This document shows positions 12,752 to 27,336 of a DNA stretch of 64,000 nucleotides, piece after piece. Each line of letters opens with the position of its first letter. The stretch's first letter is position 1. The notes beneath the pieces were generated by a model. It was given only the letters and a program-made list of their open reading frames with translations, was not told the origin of the DNA and did no database searches. The translations under genes were made by a program, and so were the position numbers. Source of the DNA: Azolla caroliniana (taxonomy: Eukaryota; Plantae; Polypodiophyta); the NCBI GenBank assembly GCA_043228905.1, contig JBHGNT010000015.1:15624001-15688000 (forward strand), given 5' to 3'.

Positions 12752-13499
12752 AAAGTTTAAGCTAAATGTTGGTCAATGTCTGATAAGTCAAAAGGATAAG
12801 GCTAAGATGAGAAGGGTGTCATATGCCTCGGTAGTTGGGAGCTTAATGTACACTATGGTATGTACTAGGCCGAACATTGTGTTTACTGTTGGAACAGTAA
12901 GTCGTAACATGAGTAACCCTTGAAGGGAGCATTGGGCAGTTGTAAAGTGGACACTCAAATATTTGAAAGGCACTTCAAGTGTATGCCTTAGGTATGGCTC
13001 CGGGATCCCTATGCTCAAAGGTTTCACAGATTCTAACATGTCAAGGGATGTAGATTCCAGCTAATCCACATCAATATATGTGATAACTTATGCAGAGGGA
13101 GCCATATCATGGCAATCAAGATTGCAAAAGGTTGTGGCCTTGTCAACCAGAGAGGCTAAATATATGGTTGTGGTGGAGGCCGGGAAAGAATTGATTTGGA
13201 TGAAGAATTTTCTCAATGGACTAGGAATGAAGCAAGAAAGCTTCCTACTTCACTGTGATAACCAAAGTGCCATACATCTATCCAAGAATGCCACCTACCA
13301 CTCTCTACCAAGCACATACAGAGGAGGTATCACTAGTTACAAGAGAAAGTCGATGAAAATGAGTTTACTTTAGTGAAGATCAATACTGACAAAAATGGAT
13401 TTGATATGCTTACGAAGATTTTACTTATTGAAAAACTCGGTGCTTGCCGATTGAAGACAGGTTGGGCCGACTCTCCCTTACATGAGTGAAGGGGGGGTT

Positions 13500-13643
13500 T
13501 GTTAGGTGTTGTGTCCCTCTTGATGGGAGAAGTCGGCGGCCAAATTCTGGTTGATCAGTCAGATCGACCAATCGGTCGATTTGGGGGTCAACCAAATTGA
13601 AGGTCATTGAGGGTTGACCGGTCAGATCAACCAGATGTTTGAC

Positions 13644-13686
<43 letters not shown>

Positions 13687-14584
13687 TGAGAGAGAGAGAG
13701 AGTTAGGGCAATAGTATTATCACCTTATGCATAGTATGAAGTTTGAACCATACGTGCATTCACGTAAGAAAAACACCTTCAAAGAATGATAATACTTTTG
13801 GATTAACTATTTATTATGAGGTAAATAAGCCTAAAAAATGAATAAAAACAAAAAAAAACACAAGAATGTTTGAATAACATTCGCATTCGTTTTCCAACAT
13901 AGGAAAACGAATGTTATGCTAGACAAACACGAATTTTACATACTATGACCTTATGTGAGAGTAGAGCTAAAAATGAGCACGTAAGTGACAGAGAGCTGAG
14001 ATTGCGTGGACTGTGAGAGATAGTGTGTTGAGACAGAGTGAAGGAAGTGTTGTTGTATGTGAGAGTAGAGCTAAAAGTGAGCACATAAGTGACAGAGCTG
14101 AGATAGTGTGGATTGTGTGAGAGATAGCATGTTGAGACAGAGTGAAGGAAGTGTTGAGATAGCGTGAGTGAAGAAAAAAGAGTGAAGATAGAGCAACAGT
14201 GAGAGTGTTGAGTGTTTAACAGAAATCGTGTGAGCAAGATAGAGAGAAGAGAGAAAGAAAGAAAGGGCAGGCATTGTTTTGTGGAACTTTTGGACAACAA
14301 TCTGTGGTACCATACACATGAGCAGGCTTTGTCGTCCTATGCACCATTGTTCTATTGTATGCCTTTTCTCCTCTCTAGTGTTTGATATAATATTTCTTTG
14401 AGGCTTTCCCTTAGCAAGCTAGGGAATCTTGTAATGTTGAGTTGTATACTCTTGACTCATAGTGGAAAATTTACTACTCCGTGGTTTTACCTGGTTTTAG
14501 GGTTTCCACGTAAATGGTGTGTATTCTGATTTGTGTTTGTGTCTCAGAACAATTTTCTGTTTATCTCTTATTGCTAACATATCA
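13500..14584 (+). repeat. 3' LTR of the host copia
   Basis: Follows the PPT; TG..CA ends; homologous to 1-1063; contains (TG)n/(GA)n tracts and a MITE. Confidence 0.9.
13730..13947. mobile_element. hAT-type MITE in the copia 3' LTR
   Basis: TIR catagtatg...catactatg; perfect 8-bp TSD accttatg at 13722-13729 and 13948-13955; absent from the 5' LTR. Confidence 0.9.
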
Positions 14585-14699
14585 AGGGGTATATATAGGA
14601 TTCAAAATATCATGGGTTCTTGAAATTGAGGCAAGAAATTTGGCAATGGTTAATACACTTCTATTCACAATTGTCTAAGTTAGGCACCCCCTTATTTTT

Positions 14700-15700
14700 A
14701 GCACAAAAATGGTTGGTGAAATTTAAGCACAAATTTAGGCAATGGTTATGCACCTCCAATAGCACTCATTACTTTTAACCCAAAATGGTTGGGACTCATT
14801 TCCTTCTAATAATAATCCTCAATAGGACCTTGAAGATGTGGGTGGGGGGGGGTATCCTATACCAAGTTGCTAGTGCTTGCTCCTATTGTCTGCTAAATTT
14901 GTTTGAGATTCCTTGGCAATTATCAAGGCACATTTGCCCAATTTTCTTCACTTGGCTCATCTCTTGGTCTTATTCAGTTGCAATTCCCCTATTTTTCGAC
15001 ATGCAATAGCTCCAATTATCCACCATTGCACCACGTTGTTGGATGTTCCAATTTTTGCTTGAACCACGTCTTTGAAAGCCTCTACTTGGTTTCCTCCAAT
15101 GAAGGTATCAACTTCCTCTTCGAGATCAATCATCATATTGTCAATGATTGGTGAGGCAATTGAGAGCCTATGAAGGAAAAAAAGTTGTCCCCCATGGGAT
15201 AATTGCAGCTCAATTTCAATCATTCCAAAATGAGGTGTCTTTAGCTTAGAATAACTAGTGTTTGTGGGCTCATTTGCTTCATGGAAGGTGAGAAGAGGGT
15301 AAGTGAGGACAATATAAATGTTTGCATGTAGATAGATGTCTAAGGAAAAGGCTTGGGAAATAATGAAAAGGCATGAGGACGACAATGCTTATGATGAACT
15401 ATGAGAGTTTCAATGAGATTGACTTGAGAGGCCTATATTAGAGTACCTATTGTAATGGATGAGAGGGCGAACAAAGTAATCGTCAATCCGTTTATGAACG
15501 AAAAATATGAGTTTCTATGAGATTGGCCCAAGAGACCTATACAAGAGTACCCATTGTAATGAACGAGAAAGCAAACCAATCAATCATCAATCAAGAAGTT
15601 ACATTATTATTCTCTCTCGCTAATCTCTCTTTCTCTCTCTCTTCTTCTCTCTCCTCCCGATCGAGTTGAGGGTTGTGTCAATCATAAAGGTTCCACATCT
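14700..15700 (-). mobile_element. Highly degraded retrotransposon (possible gypsy gag) remnant
   Basis: ORF 14957-15385 ends in a gag-like ...VVQWW... segment; no intact boundaries found. Confidence 0.3.
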
Positions 15701-16983
15701 CTAACACCAATCACATTCAAAATATATATATTTGTGATACTTTCTTTCAAAAACAACGAGATTACAATGGGAAGTGAGAAAAATATAACATAGAAACATA
15801 CAGTATTGTTAGAATCAAGCAACATTCAAAGCCATATGAAGTTTATAATTGCACCTATCCAACACATTGCATGATCAGAAATTCAAATCCAATCAAAATA
15901 ATTCTTAATATGACAAACACAATTTACAACACATTTCTTTTAGGCAAAGAGTAAGGAGGTTGAGGTGGTTGATCAATCACAAATCTATCCCATCCAACTT
16001 AGTATTCAACATGATCAAGTTCCTTGAATGAGGACTTGCATCTAAACTATTGTGTTCTCACCAATGAAATAATACACAACTCCTCCATCGATGGTATTGA
16101 TATATCACCATAGAAATCACACTCCTCAAGCCCTAAAGACTTAATCAATATTGGAAGCTATTTATGAGTTAATCTCATCACAACTTCGAAGACTCCATTA
16201 AATATAAATCGTGTATCCATTGGACATGTTACTTGATGAGCTAAATGTAGTTGATATAAATTAAATTTCATATATTCTAAAAGAGCAATTAATTTTAGAA
16301 CCAAAATGATAGGTCTAAATGGAAGTAATAGAAAGATTGGATGAGTGATATCAGTAGCTTGAAATCGATTTCTCAATTTTATCTTTTGAGCATATGTTTT
16401 CCTCTCCTAACACTTCTTTGTGAAGATAAGCAAGCACTAATGCAGACTTCCCAACTCAAATGTATTTGAAAAAGTAACTTAATCTGTTAAATTCGGGAAA
16501 CATCAGGGAAGCAATAGATTACAACTCTTTTGTTACAATCACTAAAATGTTCATGCTAGGATTTGCAAACTCACGTACACATTTAAGATGGGTTGATCTT
16601 TTCTTTCTTTCCCCTCACTCTTCTATTCCACTCTTCTTTTCATCCCCCATGTGTGATCCTCGGATAATTTTTTTGTTAGCATCAGATATTGAGTGTAACA
16701 TGTCAATGGGTAACTAAATGACGATGAGATTGGTGCATACGACAGTGGAGAATATTAATAAAAAAGTACATATCTGATTAGGTTGATGAGAAATGTGAGT
16801 GAGAATGAAACATACTTCAAAGATGATACAACATTTCAATAACACTTGCTATCTTTCTTACAAGGTGTGTTCACAAGTAATGACCCTATTATTGCAAGGT
16901 TGGGAGACCCTACTCAGAAATCATCATGACTCTGATCAATGTATATACAATTTGTAAATCACAGTAGTATTTTGACATACCCA

Positions 16984-18111
16984 TCAAGGGAGGAATGGAT
17001 TTTGAGAAAGAGAATCGCGACGGTTCTCCTTATAAGCTCTGTAAAAGATACGTAAAAGGAAAACATGGAGTGAAATCATGTAGTTAGAAACAACAAACCT
17101 GGTTCGGTTGTGGTGAATATAAGGCTACATACCTCGTAGCTTGAGCACCTCCAAGACCAATAGTACCAAAGATGATGAACAAAAAGGGCATAGCCGAACA
17201 AGCATAATGTAGTCGACTACGCCCCTTCATAATACCGTGTCCAATACCCCTTTCTGTAGAAAAAAGTAACATCTTTCAAAAACTCCATAGCATCCTACAT
17301 TAAAAAAAATGGGTTTATTGTTTCTCCGTGCTCATATTACCTTTCATTGCCTGACCTGGTAATGTTGCTGTAAAATGGTAAGTTTAAGAAGTTCAATATT
17401 CGTTATTGCTCATTTCTGATTTGATTATGTGACCATGAACATGGTTAAAAATATTGTGCTTTGCAAAATATAAACTGACCAGCCTTAAGACAGATGTATG
17501 CCTCCGAAACCTGCATGAGGGAAAAAAGTAAAGTTCATGATGTCTTACAATTGCACTTGAATTATTCAAATAATGCAATTGATTCAATCAACTTCTACTT
17601 TAAGTTGTGTTATTACTTTAGTCTGTATAAATGACCAAGCACTTAAAACCAAATTTCAGAGACCAAAACTAATTATTCTGAATACTTTCCACTATATGCC
17701 AGAAGCACCAACACTTAATCATGTGTGAAAATATATGCTCAAATGATCGACTATTTCTTGCTTTCAACTTGATGTATGCAGAATCCACAAATGGCCTGAT
17801 TTCCTTTAAAGCATTTCTGTACTGGCTTTTTCTATTACCATCTTAATTTATGGAAAAGACCATGACTTCTAAATTATAGTTAGATAAAATAACTTAGAAA
17901 AGAAAAAAAAGAAAAAAAAGGTAAAAATAACAAGATCCATTTCTTCCTCGATAGAAGCAATCAAGGCTCAACAATTCTTGAAGACAAAGTAAATACTGAT
18001 AGATTGTACTCACTTGTTGGAACTCTGCCTCTGCACATTTCTTCATATTTGGTGGCATCCGATCAGGATGTTTTTCCAATGCCTTTTTTTTGTATGCAGC
18101 TTTCACCTTTG

Positions 18112-18176
<65 letters not shown>

Positions 18177-19437
18177 ACACCTTTGCTATATGCGGATGAT
18201 GTGCTTTTTGCAAACACTTTAGGAGATGCGCAAAAGCTTATGAAGGCATTGGAAAAAAATTTGCATGCATACAAAATTTTAGATGCGCAAAAGCTCTAAA
18301 ACAAAGATTATGCTTGTGAAGAGCCAAAAAAGAGATAAACCATGCATTATGTACAACAATGAGCCACTTGAATGTATGGAAAGCTTCAAATATCAAGGCC
18401 TTGAAGTTCCTTCAAATCATAGATGGAATGAATGTGCTACACACCGCTTAGAAGCGGGAAAGCGAGCAATGCATTTGAGAACACATGCAATCGTGGAGAT
18501 ATTAAGTGTTAGGTCCTCAAGAAATACCTTTTCGACACTTTGGTGACACCAGTGCTTCTCTATGGGGTGAAAGTACTTGGAAAGAGTTTGAAAATGTCCA
18601 AAAATATTTTCTTACAAAGTTTCTACAAGTTAAGAAACAAACGCCATACATCCTCCTCCTCCTTGAGCGGGATCACTTCCCATTGAGATCTTGGCCATGG
18701 AAAGGGTTGTTGAATACATGCTTAAGGTTCAAAAAAGTCTTTCACATCAACTTCCTAAAAGCGCGTGGGAAGCAAGCAAAAAGATCCAAAAGACGCATAA
18801 AAGCAAAATTTTGTGTTCTAGTTGGATGCAAGATATGAAAAAGTGGTTCGGTAGATAGGATGCAACACATTTGTTTCACGATGCATCACTAGATTCCTCT
18901 GTAAATGAGGCCTTTTTGCAACACCAATGTATCATGACATGAGAAAAATGTGGAGGCTCACGCTTCATACATTATACTACACATGTCGCACCTAACTACA
19001 AAACCATATTCTTCGCAGAACAGGGAAACCGCACACATCAATACATGTTAGAACCCATTCCATTGGCTTCTATTCGAACCATTGCTTCCATGCGACTTAG
19101 CTCATATGCATTGCAATGTGAGACAAGGCGTTGGGGCACAAGTGATGAGAGTGGTCGACTATGCACACTTCGCCCTAAAATAGTTCAAGAGTCTAAGTAT
19201 CATACTTTGATACAATGCTCTTCCTTTGATCATATTTGACCATGCTTTCCACACATTCGACCAAGCCCAATCCTTGCACAAATTTCTCTCACAACCACAA
19301 TGTACACTCTCGATGCAACATTCATTGGTAAAGTTCTTGAACATCAAGAGTCACTACTCACTTTCAAACGTATCACGTGAAATGTAATTTTTTTGGTCTC
19401 ATGGGTCATATTTGACCTCCGAAGACGATAATATAAT

Positions 19438-19485
<48 letters not shown>

Positions 19486-22400
19486 TTATCTATCTCTAAG
19501 ATGCAAGAGGATATACAAATGTATAGTCACTCTTATATTGATGAAAATGATCTAGATCAATTTGAGACGTTAATCCTACAAATGTGCAATAGTATGGGAT
19601 CGCTTATTGCAACTACTGTATACTAACTTAACTAGCAATGGCCACGGTTTCAGCTCAAACCGAACCGAACCGTTAAGCCATGGTTTAACGGTTTATTGGT
19701 TTCAAAAAAAATTAATGGTTTGGTTTGGTTTGGATTTTTTATAAACAGTTCGGTTTCGGTTTGGTTCGGTTCTACAACTCGGGTTTATAGGTTTATAGGC
19801 TTGGTTTAAAGGTTTATAGACTTTTGGTTAACTTTGTTTTTTACCTTAATACTTTATTGATTTAATGGTTTTTTATTGATTTAATTAATTTAACTTAAAT
19901 ATTTATTTAATTTAATGGTTCAATTAAAGTTTCTTTTATTGATTTAATAAATTTAACTTAAATTCCTATTTAATTTAATGTATTTTTGTTTATTTGCATG
20001 TTTAATTAGTTTGACTTGAATGGTTAGGTTTAAATTTTTTATTAAATGGTTCAATTTGGTTTCCAACTTTTCGCTAAATGGTTTGGTTTCAACTTTTTTT
20101 TAAATGGTTTGGTTTAAATCCTGAGAGTTCATAAACAATTTGGTTTGGTTTGGTTTTTGCTTTAAATAAACGGTTCGGTTTCAGTTCAAGTAGTTTTCTT
20201 TGCCTTGAAACCGAATCGTGCCCATTGCTAATACTTACAACCCAACGTTAATGGTTTTATTGGTAGAAATCACAATGGAAATAGTGTGATCGATTATGTG
20301 CTACTTTCCGAAGGTGTTTTGGATTGCATATACAAATTCTCACTTGGTGAATAGACATCAAATCCAATTGTCGTGACTTTTATGTATTGACCTCATATGT
20401 ATGAAAATGTTAAGAGTGTGACAGCCATGGAAGATAATAAACAATCATATTTGAGCATAAACCTTAAATGAGCATCCATGTTTTCCAAGATGGTTCAAGA
20501 TATGCTACAAATGACAAAGATACAATATGGTGCCACACTAGAATGCAAATAGAAAGCTTTCAAGAAAGTTATTTTCTCATGCACAAACAAATGTTTTTCA
20601 GCCAAGCATGGGCATCAAGAAATGTATTTCAAAGAAAAATTGGTTTAGTAAGGAATGCCATGAAGCTAGAAAGTGCCTTATGAGTTTGGATGTATTTGGA
20701 GAAAATTGTGAAAAGCATTTGCATGAATACAAAAGACTTACTCAAAGAAAGATAAGAATATAGGAAGTTGCTCGACAATTTTCTCCAAACACAAGAGAAA
20801 GTACATGCATGTGTTGTATGTTGGGGAAATCTAACGAGGAAATGTGTTGAGAGTTATGGTGACTTAACTCTTATGGACTTGTCTCTGCATTGTAAGAACT
20901 TATATGAGCTATCAATTGCCAAAAAGATGATGTGTTATGGTTCTCTTTCATATATGCCTCTCTTCTTTACGATTGAAGATGTATGCATAGGGCTTAAGAA
21001 AATCAGCCTCTTGAAAGGCAAGAGATTTTCAATGTATAAAGGATGAAATTCTCAAATGGACTGGAAAGGAAGCAAATGCATAAATAAATGATACGTTTGA
21101 TCATGCATTGCAACATCGCATGCCCTACGATTGGTCAATGAATTTGATCAAAACTTTAGATAAAGGTGGTGATGTAAATAATGTAAACAATTCTCAAACC
21201 ATCATAGTCAGCACACTATTGGCAAAAGTATTTGGATGTATAATGGAATTATAGGCAAGTGCATGGGCTAACAAAAAACAAATGCCTATGGCAGTTTGCC
21301 CATTTATTGAATTGATCCTAAAGTTAGACTCCAAATCACCATGCTCCAAATAAAGACTCAAAACCATGGTACAAAATATAAATACTCACTCACAAGAAGT
21401 GATTTCTGGCTTGTAAACACCAATCTAGCTATAGTTTCTCTTCCATCCTCATCCTCATAGGTGGTTCATGTATGCATCAGCCTTGCAACAAAGGACCAAT
21501 TGACATGATTATAAGCATTCTCCAAATCTAATAGCAGCATAACCAATTTCCCATTTCATATGCGCTTCAGCATGTTCTAACATTTCTTGATTCGTTTCCG
21601 TACCAATTTGATGATGCCAAACAACCATGCTTAAAGCATAAAATCACAATCCTAGCATCGATGACTCTCACCTTTGGTTTCTTGATGCTTTTGGAAACAA
21701 TGTCGGGGTTAAAGCAAAGGTAGCCTCTACCTCCCACTTTATTCAGCTTGTCACTCAGGAAAAAGGACAAGCTTAACAGGTATTGGAAAATTGACAAATA
21801 CAAACAACCACTACGGTAATGAACAACAAGGACTTTAATGACTACAACGTGTTCACAGCATAGACAATCCTATCATCGGAGTAACTATTCTACTATCAAA
21901 GGCAAAGTAACCAGAAGCATAGGTGGCAGAATTATTGAAAGAATGCCCAGAATGGAAGGGGAAAAACAAAAAAAACTCACCCATGCAGTGAAGAAACCTC
22001 TTTCCTGGGAACAACCATTGGCCTGAAGTTTATGGATTATTACAGAGGGTCGGTCTAGTAGGGCGGCTGTTTAGCCACCTGTTGTACTAAAGCAGCCAGC
22101 CTGCCCATTGTGGTCAATTTGTTTGTAGTGTCAAATGATTTGGTCTATACAGGGTGTAGAGACCTTCAACAGAAATAGTAATAGGCTTGACTTGTGATTT
22201 AATGGTAGGGGGATGTTCTTGCATTGGAGGCTAAAAGGGGATATGGAATAAAAGAAGTTCTGGAAGATAGGAAGAGCATGCCATAAAAGCATGATTGGAG
22301 GCCCATCCTGTCTTCCCAAGGCGAACCTAACAACACCATGTTGAATAACCAAACCACTTAGAAGTTCTGATTTGGTTATCCTAAGTAGCATGAAATGAGC

Positions 22401-23247
22401 TGCTTTCAGGTGAACTTCCAGAAAACACTTGGGTATGACGCTGCTCTATTCAAACAATGTGGGGTGCTCTTCTCACACGATGCATAATCAATGCTTACTT
22501 CCCATCATTGAGAATTTTTGTAGAGAGAGCATCTATCGATGAATGCAGAGAAAACCAAACGTATGATGGTCAAAAAGAAGCACATAGATTTTTATCCATA
22601 CCTCACTTATAATAGAGAAACCATGGAAGCTGTAAGCTTTATAGAATACTTTAGCATCGAATACATACATAGTCACGATGTTGACCTCGAGATGACTCAT
22701 TCGAGCAAACCTCATCTGCGCAGTCTGAGCTAATGATACGTTCGAGGATGAGGACATTTCACTCAAGTATTGATGGCCATGAAAATGCTTCCCACAGGCA
22801 GTGCCATGCACCAATTCTCTTAGCTGCATGTGTGTGTGTGCTCTACTTAACCATAGAAGAGATCGTGAAAACAATCACGGGCCGAATGTTGTCACATGCT
22901 CTTCACCAGCAGAGGAGACTATCCAATATGAAAATCATAGCTTAAATCTAATCAATGTAATAGTTCGTCGAGACAAAAAAAGATAAAAAGCAAGCATACA
23001 GATCACTACCAAATATCTACAGAGACTAAAGTCCCTTAAACAGGGGATCATTTAAGATCAGATGCATTCCACGGAGAAATCGAGATCCAATTCTTCTCGA
23101 CAGGGGTGATAACCTAGCACAGATTTCGACGGTATTGGGCGGAATCACGTCGACCAAAAAGTGAAGGGTTTCAGAAAGAAGCCACACCTGAGAGAGGGAG
23201 GCATCGCTAGAGACGCCCAGCACTTCCCTGGCGACAGAGATCCGCAT
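16984..23247 (-). CDS. Small J-domain (DnaJ/HSP40 type III) protein with a C-terminal hydrophobic segment, ~123 aa, 6 exons
   Basis: Exons 23247-23188 (MRISVAREVLGVSSDASLSQ), 18106-18014 (VKAAYKKKALEKHPDRMPP...EFQQ), 17510-17480 (VSEAYICLKA), 17367-17356 (12 nt), 17253-17133 (...MPFLFIIFGTIGLGGAQATR) and 17038-16984 (AYKENRRDSLSQNPFLP*). All introns GT-AG with consistent phases; HPD motif present. Confidence 0.9.
18172..19495 (+). mobile_element. 5'-truncated LINE (RT C-terminal part, Cys/His motif, 3' UTR) in DnaJ intron 1
   Basis: LLYADDVL, KTKIMLV...FKYQGL, MRLSSYALQCETRRW...RLC...EYHTLIQC. (TC)n at the 5' junction and a (TATC)n tail at ~19440-19495. Confidence 0.85.
19500..21295 (+). mobile_element. 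Degraded LINE remnant (endonuclease end to RT start), split by a MITE
   Basis: VIDYVLL at ~20285, WFSKEC at ~20640, KGGDVNNVNNSQTI...LLAKVF at ~21160; many stop codons. Confidence 0.65.
19633..20230. mobile_element. MITE with tagcaatgg TIRs and AACCG/CGGTT subterminal repeats (hAT-like)
   Basis: tagcaatggccacg... / ...cgtgcccattgcta inverted termini; dense aaccg/ggttt motifs; AT-rich core; TSD not clean. Confidence 0.8.
21300..22500 (-). mobile_element. Degraded L1-clade LINE RT remnant
   Basis: Minus strand reads MLLLDLENAYNHVNWSF at ~21500 and GRQDGPP at ~22310. Confidence 0.6.
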
Positions 23248-23508
23248 CAATCGGTTCAGAGAGAGTCGATGGCACAAGCAAACCACAGGAGGGGCATCAC
23301 AGACAGCTTCCTTCACCCCCACAGGGAACGGCAGAGTAGTTCTTCTTCTTTGTCTATGTCTGCAGACTGCCTCTGGTATGTATGTATGTATAATGTGAGA
23401 AAAAGAGAAGGTTTTCCGTATTCACAAGAATGCCCTCCTCCTTCTGCAGCTGCTGCTCTTTTGACAATTTCTTCTTATTCACCAGAATACCCTCCATCCC
23501 ACCTCCTC

Positions 23509-23544
<36 letters not shown>

Positions 23545-23579
23545 TGTGTTATGTATGTATGGCCTCTCCTCCCCACCAC

Positions 23580-23915
23580 CATTACTAGTACTAGTACTAC
23601 TAGGAGTAGTACATAATAGGAGTAGAAACTACTAGTACAACTACAAGTACTAGTACTAGCAGCAGGAGCAGGAGGAGTAGCACTCACGGGGAGTTGCAAC
23701 TACTAGTACATGTACTAGTAGGAGTAGAAAGAATACTATCACACTGGAGGAGTAGCACTTACTGGGAGTTGCGACTACTAGTTCCTAACTACTAGTAGGA
23801 GTGGCTGATAGGAGTAAAAAGAATGCTATCACACAGGAGGAATTGCAACTGCTAGTTCCTGACTATTAGTACAAGTACTAGTAGGAGTGGCGAATAGGAG
23901 TAGAACAAATACTAC
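23580..23915. repeat. ACTAGT/GGAGTAG-rich low-complexity tandem array
   Basis: Repeated tactagtaggagtag and ggagttgcaactactagt units upstream of the DnaJ gene. Confidence 0.75.
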
Positions 23916-23998
23916 CATGTGCGATCGACTAATATGAGATGCCATGTGTAATCTCTCGACCCTAACTGGGTTCCCGCCTACACCAAACCATCTGGCAG

Positions 23999-24120
23999 AT
24001 TTGTGTAGGAAACTGAGGGGTAAATTTCATAGACTTTTAGTTTGTGTAGGAAATTGTGGGGTAATTTCATAGAGTTTTAGTTTGTCTACAAAGCTTGAGG
24101 GGTAATTTCATAAGAGTTTT
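23999..24120. repeat. ~41-bp tandem repeat, 3 copies
   Basis: ttttagtttgtgtaggaaa.tg.ggggtaa(a)tttcataga repeated. Confidence 0.75.
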
Positions 24121-25190
24121 TTTACAAAACTGATTCTCTGTTTACCTCTTCCTTCTTCCTTTTTAATGACTTGTTTACAAGAGAGCTCTAAAATATCTAC
24201 CCACCTTGAATGTTCTTTATTTCCCATAACACCTCTAAGGAAGTTAGGTCTTAAGATTCCATTACCATAACAGCACTCTTCTTTAGATATCACATCTCAT
24301 TTCAAAGCATTTTGCTGGCAAGGTTCATTAACCAAAAGGACCAATCATTATACTATGAACCGACATAACTCAAGATGTAACACTCAAAACCTAATAATAT
24401 CAAGTTTTGCCTTAACACCGTGCATCAGATCATAACATCTTATTTTGAATTCTTTTTATTAGCATCACATAACAATGGCATGCATTGCTTCCCCGACTTG
24501 GTTTATGGAAAGTGAATTCTGGCATGCATTCCTTCCATAACTAGGATCAATAATTTTGTTCTATAAATTCTTTGCAAGATTGTGGTTGACATGGGTCACA
24601 AGGACCTACTCAGGATACATTAAAATCATTTACTCTTGTATTTTCATTTTCTTTATTCTCTCTGACTGGATGGCGCAAATTTCCTTGCTGCGAGAGACTA
24701 TCTCCAGAAATCCAACTCAAAAGGCGAGACTATTTCTTAAAGATTTAAAGCTCGCGTTACACATTACCATTAGGGGAGCATATACCTTTTTGCAAGCAAA
24801 TTATTAGTGTAACAAATGTCAAAACTAACAAAACCGATTTGTCAAAGAGCAGAAAACCAAATCAACTGTGAGTCGTGACATAAACAATCATGGTAGAATA
24901 GAAAGGACTCTTGAACACAAGGAAAACAGCAATCATCTTTGTGAAGAAGACCAAGCTTATAGAGAAGTCCAAATTTCCTTAGATCAAAATCCTCAAACTC
25001 AAAATAATGGAAAATGGAAAGTCCAATTCCAACCGTATAACCCAAATTTAATTATCATCCTACAACTACAGAAGATTCATCAAAACATCCAAAATTTTAT
25101 TCAACCATGTGAAGTGTTGAGCACATGCGAAGGCATTCGTTCCATGGAACTGTTTGCACAGCCGTGAATCCACCACACACACAATAACTT

Positions 25191-27140
<1,950 letters not shown>

Positions 27141-27336
27141 GGCGGGCGGTGACGGAGATGTGCCACACTTCTTCTGCTTTCTGTTTCTGCTTCTGCTTCT
27201 GCTTCAGCAAACCCTAAACACAAAAACGAAAGAGAGAGACAGAGAGAGACAGTTATGGGATATTTACAGAAATGACCCCTCTAGAGAGAGAGAATTATGG
27301 GATATTTACAAAAATGACCCCCCTCTCTCTCTCTCT

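Larger units (their letters stand above)
1..14584 (+). mobile_element. Ty1/copia LTR retrotransposon (Tnt1/Tork-like), degenerate, hosting five nested insertions
   Basis: 5' LTR (window start to 1063, ends ...catatca), then PBS tggtattagagc at 1067-1078. Gag pieces at ~1090-1400, 4183-4506 (LLLLCTLPNSWENLVVSL) and 9510+ (zinc knuckle CFYCGKLGHFQKNC). Protease (WAVDSDAS) at ~9770. RT/RNase H at 12752-13450 (YASVVGSLMY, ISWQSRLQKVVALST). PPT gagtgaagggggggtt, then 3' LTR 13500-14584 (tgttagg...catatca) matching the 5' LTR. Confidence 0.93.

Noticed and set aside
17894-18274. 126-aa ORF appearing to fuse an (ER)n repeat to a J-domain
   Set aside because: Read-through artefact of antisense LINE, (GA)n and DnaJ exon 2; the real exon is 18014-18106.
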